From Candidatus Pacearchaeota archaeon (lineage in GTDB: Archaea; Nanobdellota; Nanobdellia; Pacearchaeales; DTIR01): 38,046 bases of DNA. The stretch covers positions 1-38,046 of the forward strand of contig JACRHU010000002.1 of the NCBI GenBank assembly GCA_016211995.1. Direction: 5' to 3'. The translations under genes and the position numbers were made by a program. This document shows, piece after piece, positions 21,946 through 31,358 of the stretch (position 1 is the stretch's first letter; every line of letters begins with the position of its first letter). The notes below the pieces were generated by a model. It made no database searches. It saw nothing but the letters and a program-made list of their open reading frames with translations, and was not told the origin of the DNA.

Positions 21946-22218
21946 TTATCCTCCGGCTATGCTTGGAATTATACTTATAACACTACTGTCTTTAAGTTTT
22001 GTTTCTAAATTATCCAAAAACCTTATATCCTCGTCATCTACATATATGTTAATAAATTTGTGGAGTCTTCCTTCTGTATCATAAAGTCTTGCTTTTATTG
22101 GGTGCTCTTCAAAAAATTTATCTAAAACTTCTTTTACTGTTTTCCCTTCATAGCCTTCATAACTCAATTCCCTTTCTCCTTTTTCAGCTAGAACAGCCGG
22201 CAATCTTATAGTTACCAT
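21946..22218 (-). CDS. Ubiquitin-like sulfur carrier (MoaD/CysO/SAMP)
   Basis: FINIYV..EDIRFL..IIPSIAGG C-terminus. Confidence 0.93.
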   Translation of the reverse strand: MVTIRLPAVLAEKGERELSYEGYEGKTVKEVLDKFFEEHPIKARLYDTEGRLHKFINIYVDDEDIRFLDNLETKLKDSSVISIIPSIAGG

Positions 22219-22232
22219 TTTTCCTTTTTAAT

Positions 22233-22463
22233 TTATATTGAATAATTATCATGGGGCTCTAATGTATTGATCTTTTTTATCTCGAGGCTATTCTTTTTTT
22301 CCTCTATGCTAACCTCTTCACCATCTGAGAGCTGGTATTTTCTAACAATTGATTTGGGAATTCTTAAGCCGAGATTTAAACCCCATCTTGTTAATTTCAC
22401 CACATAAGCTCTTCCTTTCTTTTCAGTCCCTTTCCAAGCCATATTGATATCAATTGATATCAA
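22233..22463 (-). CDS. AbrB/MazE-family DNA-binding protein
   Basis: KLTRWG..LGLRIPKSI...L..GEEV; the true start may be 22442. Confidence 0.8.
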   Translation of the reverse strand: MISIDINMAWKGTEKKGRAYVVKLTRWGLNLGLRIPKSIVRKYQLSDGEEVSIEEKKNSLEIKKINTLEPHDNYSI

Positions 22464-22520
22464 TTTAAAAAGCTTTATATTATAGAATATATAGTTTAGA
22501 ATATATATTAATCATAAAGA

Positions 22521-23282
22521 TTAGTAAAAAATCTCACCGGTTACTATTTTTTCCAAGCTGGATGTTATCAGAAATCCGTTTTCATCTATTTCTTTTATTG
22601 TAACCTGCTTTTCTTCATTTTTTAACATAGGATTTCTTACACTTACTGTTCTTCCAATTGTTGTTGACATGCTTTTCCATTTTTCAAGAATTTTTTCATA
22701 CTGCTTTTCAACTAGAAGATTATAATTCTCATCAAAATTTGAAAGAAGAGAGATAATAAAGTTATCATTGTCAATTTTTTTTCCTGTTTCAAGATGGATG
22801 GATGTTGGGTGAAGCATGAATTCTCCTTCAAACTTGTCTGTATTTGTATTTATTCCTGTGCCTATAATGTAATAGTTTCCTAATTTTTCAGTTAATATGC
22901 CTGAAATTTTTTTTCCATTAATAAGAATATCATTAGGCCATTTAATTTCTGCTTCTGAAAGATAGTTTCTAATGGCTTCACAGCTTGCAACTCCAGCCAT
23001 CAGGCTTAATATGCCCTGTTTTTTAAGTTCTATTTCTCTGAACAAGATAATTGATAAATAAACTCCTCCAAATGGGGAAAACCAGTTCCTGTTATATCTT
23101 CCTTTTCCTGCTGTTTGTTGCTCTGCTATTATTACTGTGCCGTCTGCCGTCTCTTGCTCAATAAGTTTTCTTGCATCTTCCATTGTAGAATCTGTCGTAT
23201 CTAGATAAAGAATTTCTGAACCGATGTATCTACATGGATTAATTGCAGATTTTATTAAATAATCTTTTTCTACTAGTCTCAT
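22521..23282 (-). CDS. birA: Biotin-protein ligase (group I, no HTH)
   Basis: STM, QTAGKGRYNRNW, KWPND, KISGIL, GIN. Confidence 0.94.
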   Translation of the reverse strand: MRLVEKDYLIKSAINPCRYIGSEILYLDTTDSTMEDARKLIEQETADGTVIIAEQQTAGKGRYNRNWFSPFGGVYLSIILFREIELKKQGILSLMAGVASCEAIRNYLSEAEIKWPNDILINGKKISGILTEKLGNYYIIGTGINTNTDKFEGEFMLHPTSIHLETGKKIDNDNFIISLLSNFDENYNLLVEKQYEKILEKWKSMSTTIGRTVSVRNPMLKNEEKQVTIKEIDENGFLITSSLEKIVTGEIFY

Positions 23283-23310
23283 TTTAATCTTTAAAATTTT
23301 AATAGTTAAT

Positions 23311-23374
23311 GTTCAAGCCGCATGATGGCTTACAATTGTCCGAGACTATCAGGCTCGGGTTAGTATTATTTATT
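23311..23374 (-). repeat. Element B copy 6 (empty)
   Basis: Minus strand: AATAAATAA..CCGAG-CCTGATAGT-CTCGG-ACAAT-TGTAAGCCATC-AT-GCGGCTTGAAC. Confidence 0.75.
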
Positions 23375-23397
23375 GATGGTTTTTAAATCATTGGGTT

Positions 23398-23958
23398 TCA
23401 TTTCAGTCCTATCAATTTACCCCCCCTGTAAATTGTTTGACCATCATCGAAATAAATTTTAGCTATTATTCCGTCCAAAGTTGAAGGAATTTCTTCTTTC
23501 TGTTTCATTATTGAGGCAATGCAAACAATTTGGTTTTTAGCTATTTTATCTCCTACCTTGATATATGGTTCTGCCCCGGGGTATGGTGCTCGAAAATAAT
23601 CGCACTCGAATGCTGCAGTGATAAAAGAATAATGTTTTTCCTCCCATTCCTCTCTTAAATTAATCATTACAGTATGCTCGATTGAGACTAAAGGAACATT
23701 GAATTGTGCAAATCTTGGAATTTTAATATTTTCTGTGAGATAATAGGGTGCTACTTCTGATATAATTCCTTTAAAATCTGATTTAATTTCTTTTTCTGTA
23801 CCAACACGAGTTATTTTATACAGCACATCACCAATATTAATCTGTTGTCCTTTTTTTACTAGAATTTTTGGATAACCTGTATGTATTGTTCTGTATTCCT
23901 TAATTCTTTTTTCTGCTCTGTATAAATTTGGCGCAGGAGGTTCTTCAGCTTGTGTCAT
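23398..23958 (-). CDS. accB: Biotin carboxyl carrier protein with two biotinyl-like domains
   Basis: C-terminal YFRAPYPGAEPYIKVGD..SIMKQ; N-terminal lipoyl/biotinyl-like domain lacks the MK lysine. Confidence 0.75.
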   Translation of the reverse strand: MTQAEEPPAPNLYRAEKRIKEYRTIHTGYPKILVKKGQQINIGDVLYKITRVGTEKEIKSDFKGIISEVAPYYLTENIKIPRFAQFNVPLVSIEHTVMINLREEWEEKHYSFITAAFECDYFRAPYPGAEPYIKVGDKIAKNQIVCIASIMKQKEEIPSTLDGIIAKIYFDDGQTIYRGGKLIGLK

Positions 23959-23984
23959 TTTAATTTTTAATTTAATACATTTAT

Positions 23985-26045
23985 TTAATATAGAGAGATT
24001 ATTTTTTCTAGTGTTTTTTTGAGATTATGCCTATGCGCAACTAAATCTAAAACACCCCTTTTCTCAGCCTCTTCTGCAAATCTAAATTCTTTTTTAATTT
24101 CCTCTCCTATTGTTTTTTTAATAACATCCTCGCCTGCAAAACCAATCATTGCATTTTTTTCTGCTATCACAAAGTCTGCATTGCCTGCATAGCTCGCAAG
24201 AATTCCTGCCATTGTTGGATCTAATAGGACGGAAATTAAGGGTATGCCTTCTTCTTTGAGAAGAGAGCAAGCTTGACTTGAAGTTATCATTTGTGCTACA
24301 CCAATAGGGCCTTCTTCAAGCCTTATTCCGCCGCCTTTATTGAACATTATAACAGGAACAATTTTTCCTGCTGATTTGTATTCCACTGCTTTTTTTACTG
24401 CTCTCACAATTTTTTCGCTTTCTGCTGATGCAAAACTTCCTCCTCTAAAATCATTTTGTGTTAATATTGCAATTATCTCCTTTCCCCCAATTTTTGCTTT
24501 TCCAGATATTAACGCTGAACCTGTTCCTGCTTTTTTTCTTGCCTCTTCTAAAAGTTTTTCAGAACCTTCAAAGCCTATTGCATTTATTGATTCTATAGTG
24601 TAGTCAAATTCCTCGAAAGAATTTTTGTCTAATATATTCTCAATATAAAATTCCAAAGGCATCCTGAAATGATAGTCACAATTTGGACAGACACCTTGAT
24701 ATTTATGAAAAAGAGTTCTTGGGTGCATATCCTTGCAGTTTTTTTCTTGATTATTAGGGCAGCTCTCCCATTTTTTTGTTTCTTCGCTAACCCAATTTTT
24801 AAATCTTTTTGAGAATTTTTGTTGTTTTTGTGGTTTGCCTTCAGAAAATCTTTCTACTTGCCTGTATTTTTCAAGCCTTCTTTGGATTACCTCTTTTTTA
24901 TTTTTAAAGCTTTTTTCCTCTAATAAGTTTAAATTTCGGAGAATAGATTCTTTAACTTCTTCATATACAAGTTTAGGATTGCTGTGCACCCCATAAAGGG
25001 GCTCTTCTATAACCTCATCTGCTATTTTAAATTCCAAACAATCTTTTGCTGAAAACCTTAAATTTTTTGCTGCATATTCTAAGTCATCTTTGTTTGAGGG
25101 GTCTAATTTAACTCTCTCTCCTTTTTCATTTGTTTTTTTTAGGATTCCACAAGCACCTTCTGGAGAAATAACAGAAAAATAGGAGTTGCTTAGCATTAAC
25201 ATTTTGTCTGCAGCGCCTATTCCAACTGCTCCACCAGAACCTCCCTCGCCTACTACAACAGAGATTATTGGAACAGTGAGCTGGCCCATTTTTCTTATGC
25301 TCTTTGATATTTCCTGAGCTTGTATATCTGTAACTAAATCATCTACCTTAATTTTTATCTTATATGGAGACTCATTTACCTGTATTTCAACCTCTTTGTC
25401 TTCATCGCCTACAAGTGTTCTTTTTCCATCAATAGAAATAGAGACATTTCCACTCAAAGTTTCTTTAATTGGATTTGCTCCTGGTGTATCTATAAAAGTT
25501 ATTAGCGGAAGATTTAATTGTTCTGCAATTTCCATTAGTCTTTGGCTTTTTCTATAGCCTGCTGGTTTCATTACCCCGCCTTCACGGTAATGTGCATCTT
25601 CTCCAAGTATGCCTTTTTCCTGCCCCATGATTACAAACTTTCTATTTCCAAGCCTAGCTATTCCGCCAATCACAGAAGGATCAGGGCTTGTATCTTTTTC
25701 TCCTACTAATTCTGTAAAGTCATCAAAAATTGCTCTTATATAATCAGAAGTTTTTGGCCTAGCAGGATGCCTTGAAAGCTTAAATCTTTGATATGCAGAA
25801 AGATTTGAGAAAGTTTTGTTAGCGATCTCTTCTAAATAAGCTATAGGCTCAGCAGCTTGATTGATAAAGTCTGCCAGTTTACTTGGGTCTGAAGAGAGTT
25901 TATCCTTAGAGTTTATTATATCCTGGACTTTCTCTTTGTCATAAGGAACTTCTAAATAACTCAAATCTTGTACTATTCCATAAATGGTATCAAGTTTAGT
26001 CACTATCGCCTCCAAAGCAGCATATTCTGCCTTTGACAATTTCAT
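23985..26045 (-). CDS. Fused carboxyltransferase, AccA (N-terminal) - AccD (C-terminal)
   Basis: RHPARP, GYRK..RLM, IDTPGA, GEGGSGGA, SVISPEG; then Zn finger C..C..CPNC, DFRGGS, GGIRLEEG, IGFAG. Confidence 0.88.
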   Translation of the reverse strand: MKLSKAEYAALEAIVTKLDTIYGIVQDLSYLEVPYDKEKVQDIINSKDKLSSDPSKLADFINQAAEPIAYLEEIANKTFSNLSAYQRFKLSRHPARPKTSDYIRAIFDDFTELVGEKDTSPDPSVIGGIARLGNRKFVIMGQEKGILGEDAHYREGGVMKPAGYRKSQRLMEIAEQLNLPLITFIDTPGANPIKETLSGNVSISIDGKRTLVGDEDKEVEIQVNESPYKIKIKVDDLVTDIQAQEISKSIRKMGQLTVPIISVVVGEGGSGGAVGIGAADKMLMLSNSYFSVISPEGACGILKKTNEKGERVKLDPSNKDDLEYAAKNLRFSAKDCLEFKIADEVIEEPLYGVHSNPKLVYEEVKESILRNLNLLEEKSFKNKKEVIQRRLEKYRQVERFSEGKPQKQQKFSKRFKNWVSEETKKWESCPNNQEKNCKDMHPRTLFHKYQGVCPNCDYHFRMPLEFYIENILDKNSFEEFDYTIESINAIGFEGSEKLLEEARKKAGTGSALISGKAKIGGKEIIAILTQNDFRGGSFASAESEKIVRAVKKAVEYKSAGKIVPVIMFNKGGGIRLEEGPIGVAQMITSSQACSLLKEEGIPLISVLLDPTMAGILASYAGNADFVIAEKNAMIGFAGEDVIKKTIGEEIKKEFRFAEEAEKRGVLDLVAHRHNLKKTLEKIISLY

Positions 26046-26167
26046 TTTTCATCTGCCATAACAGAAACAACAAACTTAAAAAGTTTTATTTTCTGCACTA
26101 TACAGGTTAAAATTAAGGATAAATGAACCAACTGCATCGCAGGGAGGAAGATTATTTGAGAACTTGC

Positions 26168-26344
26168 TCATTGAGTATTAAAATTTAGACTTTTTAGAAA
26201 CTCATCAAATGATTTTGCAAGTTCTGGGAATCTTTTAATCATTCTCTTTATTCTTCTTTTATATTTGGGATTTTCAAAAAATTCCTTTGTTTTACCACAC
26301 ACTAAAGTGTGTGGTTTGTTTTTAGGGAGAGGATTTTTTAGCAT
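26168..26344 (-). other. 58-codon frame (small ORF or gene remnant) containing an IS200/IS605-like hairpin
   Basis: TAATG overlap with the toxin stop; MLKNPLPKNKPHTLVCGKTKEFFENPKYKRRIKRMIKRFPELAKSFDEFLKSLNFNTQ; hairpin ACCACACAC-TAAA-GTGTGTGGT at 26294-26315. Confidence 0.35.
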
Positions 26345-26679
26345 TAAAATATTCTAAGAATTTCTTTCTTAATCCTATCAAATGTTTTATCATTAACAAC
26401 ACCTATCTTCATTATTGCTAAGTTCTTTTCTACTGTGAAAAGTTTATCTGCTCTTACTCTGCTTGACCTTAGTAATCTGCCGGCAGATAAATCTTCTTGG
26501 TTTATTATAACTGAAAAAGGCTCTTCTTTTATTATTGTTGTTAGGGGAACCATTATGCAATCATCTGACTTTTTATTAAAAGAATCATTTGATACAACAA
26601 GAGCTGGACGAACTTTGGTTCCTTCCAAATTTGAGAAAGGAAAAGGCAATAAAACTAAATCCTTTTGTTGAACATTCAT
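26344..26679 (-). CDS. PemK/MazF-family endoribonuclease toxin
   Basis: DLVLLPFPFS..KVRPALVVSN..VPLTT. Confidence 0.92.
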   Translation of the reverse strand: MNVQQKDLVLLPFPFSNLEGTKVRPALVVSNDSFNKKSDDCIMVPLTTIIKEEPFSVIINQEDLSAGRLLRSSRVRADKLFTVEKNLAIMKIGVVNDKTFDRIKKEILRIF

Positions 26680-26930
26680 TTTAGATATCTACTCCAGATA
26701 TCATCTTTTTTATTACCCCAAATTTTTCTTAGTGATCTTTCGCTAAATTTTAACAAGTCTCTAAAATCATCTTTCGCTTTTTCCTCTGTTCTTTGTGCCT
26801 TTTCAAGCAAGAGTTTTCCATCTAGCTGAAATAGGACTAAATCGTCTCCCTTAACAATTCCTAATTTTTCTCTTATGGATTGTGGGATAGCAATCTGCCC
26901 TTTATCTGAAACTTTTACTGTCTTCATCAT
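26676..26930 (-). CDS. AbrB/MazE-family antitoxin
   Basis: KVSDKGQIAIP..IRE.LGI..GD; C-terminal W..KDDIW; ATGA overlap with the toxin. Confidence 0.9.
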   Translation of the reverse strand: MMKTVKVSDKGQIAIPQSIREKLGIVKGDDLVLFQLDGKLLLEKAQRTEEKAKDDFRDLLKFSERSLRKIWGNKKDDIWSRYLK

Positions 26931-26954
26931 TTTTATTTTCTCCTTTATTACTCA

Positions 26955-26974
26955 AAGTAAGAATTTTCTTACTT
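26955..26974. promoter_or_regulatory. Palindromic operator of the TA operon
   Basis: AAGTAAGAA-TT-TTCTTACTT overlapping the minus-strand TATA (TTTATAAG). Confidence 0.7.
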
Positions 26975-27021
26975 ATAAATCTTTTGGTTTGTTTGTTTTC
27001 TTTAGTTTTTATACCTCGAAA

Positions 27022-27090
27022 ATATCCGCCAAGTTTTTTCCTCTTTTTGTCTCTAGCTCCTTTTGGTCTGCCTAAAGGCTTACCTTTATA
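27022..27090 (-). pseudogene. C-terminal remnant of a small serine recombinase/resolvase
   Basis: Start-less frame YKGKPLGRPKGARDKKRKKLGGY resembles the resolvase G..LGRP arm and tail. Confidence 0.5.
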
Positions 27091-27130
27091 TCTCCGAAAG
27101 GTTTTTATTTAGAAAGAAAGTTCTCACTGA

Positions 27131-28420
27131 ATGTTCGATAAAGTGCTTATAGCAAATAGGGGGGTAATAGCAGTAAGGATAATTGAAGCTTGTAAAGAGC
27201 TGGGCATCAAGACAATAGCTGTTTATACTCCAGATGATGAAACCTCCATGCATGTTAAACTTGCTAATGATGCATTCTGCATAAGCAATTATGATGATGA
27301 AGCCGAGTATATAAGCATCTGTGAAGAAATTGAAGCAGATAAAAGAAAGTATAATATAGCAATTCATCCAGGTTATGGTTTTTTAGCAGAAAATGAAGTT
27401 CTCGGAGAAGTATGCAAATATCACAATATATCTCTTGTCGGACCTAGACCAGATGTTATAGAAAGATTGGGTAATAAATTGCAGGCAAAAGAAGGTGCAA
27501 GAAAAACTAAAGTAGAAACAGTGCCTGGAACAGGAGAGATTGAAACAGAAAAAGATGCTCTGAAACAGGCATCAAGATTAAGTTATCCTATAATGATTAA
27601 AGCTGTTGCTGGCGGCGGTGGAAGAGGAATAGAAAGAGTCAATTCAGAGAGAGAGCTTATTCCAACATATAGAAGAGTAAAAGGTCTAGCAAAAATATTA
27701 TTCAGAAATGATGCTGTTTTCTTTGAAAAAGCAGTTGATGAGTTCAGGCATATAGAAGTCCAAATAGTTGGCTATGGCAAGCAAAATGTTGTCCATTTTT
27801 ATGAAAGAGACTGCAGCATACAAAGGAGGAACCAAAAGCTAATAGAATTTTCTCCTGCAGATATTTCTGAAAGTTTACGAGAAAAATTAACTGATTCTGC
27901 ATTAAGGGTTGCTAGATATTTTGATTATACAAATGCTGGCACAGTTGAATTTATTGTAGCAGGCAATAATGTATATTTTATGGAGGTAAATACCAGAATA
28001 CAGGTAGAACATAGAGTAAGTGAAATGTTGACTGGAGTTGATTTAGCTAAACAACAGTTTGAAGTAGCTGCAAATGATAAATACTTTAAACCATTGAAAC
28101 AAAAAGACATTAATAGAAAGGGTTTTGCATTAGAATGCAGGATTTATGCAGAAGACCCTGAAAAAGATTTCTGGCCAACACCTGGAGTTGTTGAGAGAAT
28201 TGAGATTCCTACGGCTCCTTACTTAATTGTTGATACTCATCTCTATAATGGATATAAAGTTGGCTCAACATATGATGCTTTGATTGCAAATGTTATAGTT
28301 CATGGAAAAGACAAGGAAGATGCTGTTGAGAAAATGAGAAAATCCTTGCTTGAGTTGAAGATAGAAGGGGAAATTAAAACAACAATTCCTTTCCATCTTG
28401 AGAAGATAAAAGAGCTTTAG
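27131..28420 (+). CDS. accC: Biotin carboxylase
   Basis: ANRG.IA.R, HPGYGFLAEN, GGGGRG, ERDCSIQRRNQK, EVNTRIQVEH, ECRIYAED. Confidence 0.95.
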   Translation: MFDKVLIANRGVIAVRIIEACKELGIKTIAVYTPDDETSMHVKLANDAFCISNYDDEAEYISICEEIEADKRKYNIAIHPGYGFLAENEVLGEVCKYHNISLVGPRPDVIERLGNKLQAKEGARKTKVETVPGTGEIETEKDALKQASRLSYPIMIKAVAGGGGRGIERVNSERELIPTYRRVKGLAKILFRNDAVFFEKAVDEFRHIEVQIVGYGKQNVVHFYERDCSIQRRNQKLIEFSPADISESLREKLTDSALRVARYFDYTNAGTVEFIVAGNNVYFMEVNTRIQVEHRVSEMLTGVDLAKQQFEVAANDKYFKPLKQKDINRKGFALECRIYAEDPEKDFWPTPGVVERIEIPTAPYLIVDTHLYNGYKVGSTYDALIANVIVHGKDKEDAVEKMRKSLLELKIEGEIKTTIPFHLEKIKEL

Positions 28421-28511
28421 ATAGTTAATGTGACAATTAGAGAGCATTGATATGCTCCAAATGTAATCCTCTCAAGGATTATTTTAAATTAACGATTAAC
28501 AAATTTATAAA

Positions 28512-29357
28512 ATGGAAAACAATTTTACAAAAAAATTTGAATCAAAAGTCTTGGAAACTATTCAGAAGTATAAACTTTGTAGCAAGAAAGACAGGATTGC
28601 TGTGGCATGCTCTGGGGGGAAGGATTCTACAACTGTACTTTACTTGTTGCATAAATTTGGATTCAATGTTTTTGCCATTTATATTAATTTGAGGATGAGT
28701 GAATATAGTGAAAATTGTTTGAAGGAGTTGAGAAGATTTTGCAAGATGTATGAAATTAAATTGCATGTCCTTGATACAAAACAAATTTATGGAAGCAGCA
28801 TGTGTTTCATAAGGAGCAGGATTCAACAAAAACAAAAATTGAGCAATTGCACTATATGTGGGATAATGAAAAGATGGCTGCTTAATAAAAAAGCTCGTGA
28901 GTTGCATGCCACTAAACTTGCTACAGGCCATAATCTTGATGATGAGGCTGAAACAGTTATTGTAAATTATTCAAAGGGAAATCTTTTGCTTGGGATTAAT
29001 TCTGGCCCTGCAACTGGAATTGTTGCAGATAAAAAATTTGTTCAAAGGATAAAGCCATTATACTTCTGCTCTGGAAAACAGATTTATGAGTATGCTAAGA
29101 ATGCTGAATTTCCTTTTTGGCATGAAAAATGCCCCTGTGCTATTGGTAGTTATAGAATTGATGTCCGCAAGTTTTTAAACCAATTTGATGATTCTGTGAA
29201 AGAGAATATTGTCAATAATTTTATAAAAATTCTTCCTAAGTTAAGAAGAGAATTTTTTGATAAGCAGAAGAAAGTTATTTATTGTAGTGTTTGTGGTGAA
29301 CCTTCTCGCAATGAAATATGCAGTGTATGCAATCTTGTTTCTGGAAAGTTCAAATAA
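28512..29357 (+). CDS. tRNA 2-thiolation enzyme (TtuA/NcsA/Ctu1 family), lacking the N-terminal Zn finger
   Basis: SGGKDS, CTIC, TGHNLDDEA, KPL, CP, C-terminal CxxC..CxxC. Confidence 0.9.
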   Translation: MENNFTKKFESKVLETIQKYKLCSKKDRIAVACSGGKDSTTVLYLLHKFGFNVFAIYINLRMSEYSENCLKELRRFCKMYEIKLHVLDTKQIYGSSMCFIRSRIQQKQKLSNCTICGIMKRWLLNKKARELHATKLATGHNLDDEAETVIVNYSKGNLLLGINSGPATGIVADKKFVQRIKPLYFCSGKQIYEYAKNAEFPFWHEKCPCAIGSYRIDVRKFLNQFDDSVKENIVNNFIKILPKLRREFFDKQKKVIYCSVCGEPSRNEICSVCNLVSGKFK

Positions 29358-29372
29358 ATTTTAATAAAATAA

Positions 29373-30401
29373 TTAAAAAACTACTTCTGTATTGAGATAG
29401 TCTGAAAAGAGATTTCTATATTGTTCAAAAAATGGTTTTGTCATTTTTATTTTTTCTATTCCCCTTGCTGCCATCTGCGATTCTAATTTTTCTTCTGATG
29501 TATTATCACAGTTATATCTAAATCCAGAATTTTCTTGTTTTTCTTGTGTATAATCAAAAAATTCCACAATTCCTTTTGCAAAATTAGCTACTTGCTCATC
29601 AGAAGCAGGAGTTATGGATAGACCAAGTTCTACGGCAAATTTTCTAAGTTGTTTTCTATCATAACTTGCCCAGCTTGAATTCTCTCCTATGCTAACAAGA
29701 GGTATAAGCTTATATTTTGATGCTATTTCTTTTAACTTTTTTAAAAGATCATTAAGCTGACTGAAATTATTGATGGTTCTTTCAAGGGCACTAATCTTTT
29801 TTGTTACATTGGTCTGGTCTTTATCTTCTTTATGTCTATAGACTAAACCACTTTGGGAGAAAAAGTCTTCAATTGCAAAAATAGGGACTGAAAGTTTTTC
29901 TCCCCTACCAAAAGAGGCAGAAAGTATAAGATTACCCTTATTTTCTCTTTTATAAGGATTTTCATAATCAGAATCTATTTCAACATTTTTATATTTCCAG
30001 CCACGAACATCTGCAATTAAGGCTGAATCTATACCAGTTGAATTTTCGTATTCTCTTTGTCGAGCATGATATGTGCAGCCACATCTATGTACACTAGGAT
30101 CTTTTTCATCAGGCTTCATTTCCACAACTACTCTTTCTATAAAATCTGGGCTTACACTTGAGAATATTCTTGTTATTTCTTCTGCTTTCTGCGAATCTAC
30201 ATCTGAAGCTGCACTTTCTTTTTTATTTAGCGGGTTTTGAAGATATTTTTGAAAGAGCTCTTCAAAGCGCTCAGTGCCCAAGATGCTTAAGTCGCTTATA
30301 TCCACTAGGTGATTTCCAGTAAGTATAGAATCACCAATAGATTCTCTTATTACATCTTCAAGTTTATCTAATAATTCTAATTTTTTATTTTCTTTTGTCA
30401 T
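29373..30401 (-). CDS. Hypothetical protein
   Basis: 342-aa ORF with ATGA overlap to the upstream gene; no motif recognised. Confidence 0.7.
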   Translation of the reverse strand: MTKENKKLELLDKLEDVIRESIGDSILTGNHLVDISDLSILGTERFEELFQKYLQNPLNKKESAASDVDSQKAEEITRIFSSVSPDFIERVVVEMKPDEKDPSVHRCGCTYHARQREYENSTGIDSALIADVRGWKYKNVEIDSDYENPYKRENKGNLILSASFGRGEKLSVPIFAIEDFFSQSGLVYRHKEDKDQTNVTKKISALERTINNFSQLNDLLKKLKEIASKYKLIPLVSIGENSSWASYDRKQLRKFAVELGLSITPASDEQVANFAKGIVEFFDYTQEKQENSGFRYNCDNTSEEKLESQMAARGIEKIKMTKPFFEQYRNLFSDYLNTEVVF

Positions 30402-31222
30402 TTTTCATTACCTTGCTTATAACCAAAACCAAATCTTTCTTTCAAATCGCGTTCCTTGCATTCTCTTTCCAAGTTTTTCTTCTTTCTTAACTTCTCTCCA
30501 GATAATTTCCTCCATTCGCTAGCTTCTTCTTTTAATTCAATTGCTAACAACTTCGTCCATTTGCCAGGAATATATCTTTCTACTTTAAGTCCTAGTGGCC
30601 CAACTATGGCCCATTGTTTGTAGAAGTCGCGCTTCACTTCGTCATGGCCTTTGCTTGCAAAATATTCACCTTTACTGCCACCAAAACCCTGAAAAGTGCC
30701 AGGAGGATATATTGGCCTGTTAAAGCAGAAATACACTTCATCAAATTGTCCCTGAAATACATCTCGTCCCTTAATTACATCTGATATCTTACATTCGATA
30801 TATAACGCACGAGGTTCAGGGAAACCTGATACAACACCCCAATCAAATTTGTGGGCGTATGATGAAAATTGTATTTCGTGTATTTTAACATTTAGTTCAA
30901 ACTTCAAATCAGAGAGGTCATAAGTCATATTTTCCTCAAAATATGGTGAACGTGGATATGTTGGACGTGGATCTGGAGCATTATTATTTATCCAAAAATG
31001 TGGGTGCATAATTGCCATAAGGTAATCATCTATATTTCCGACACGACTTGGATCCCAAACCCCTAGTCCACCCAGATCACGACGTTTACTAAGTAATCTC
31101 TCATATTTTTTAATCAGCACAAGCCCAAGAGCTGTTTCTAGGATCCTCTTATCTTCTGCTTCTTGAATTCTTTCTGCAACTCGTTTCTTAATATCTTGTG
31201 ATACCATTTTGATTTTTCTCAT
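30398..31222 (-). CDS. Hypothetical protein
   Basis: 274-aa ORF; no motif recognised. Confidence 0.7.
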   Translation of the reverse strand: MRKIKMVSQDIKKRVAERIQEAEDKRILETALGLVLIKKYERLLSKRRDLGGLGVWDPSRVGNIDDYLMAIMHPHFWINNNAPDPRPTYPRSPYFEENMTYDLSDLKFELNVKIHEIQFSSYAHKFDWGVVSGFPEPRALYIECKISDVIKGRDVFQGQFDEVYFCFNRPIYPPGTFQGFGGSKGEYFASKGHDEVKRDFYKQWAIVGPLGLKVERYIPGKWTKLLAIELKEEASEWRKLSGEKLRKKKNLERECKERDLKERFGFGYKQGNEK

Positions 31223-31358
31223 TATGTTTTATTTTGTGTTTAGTTTGAAGCAGTTATTTTTTAACCACTTCTTAATAGTAATCTAAATTAGAGGTATATA
31301 AATATTTGTTGTAATTAAGATAACAACATTTTTAAATCTAATTGTCTATGGTTATTTT

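Noticed and set aside
28447..28692. Frameshifted N-terminal Zn finger of ttuA (MICSKC)
   Set aside because: Only one CxxC, a TTG start and no second Cys pair; the region also holds a plausible TATA for ATG 28512. Probably chance, though a decayed remnant cannot be excluded.
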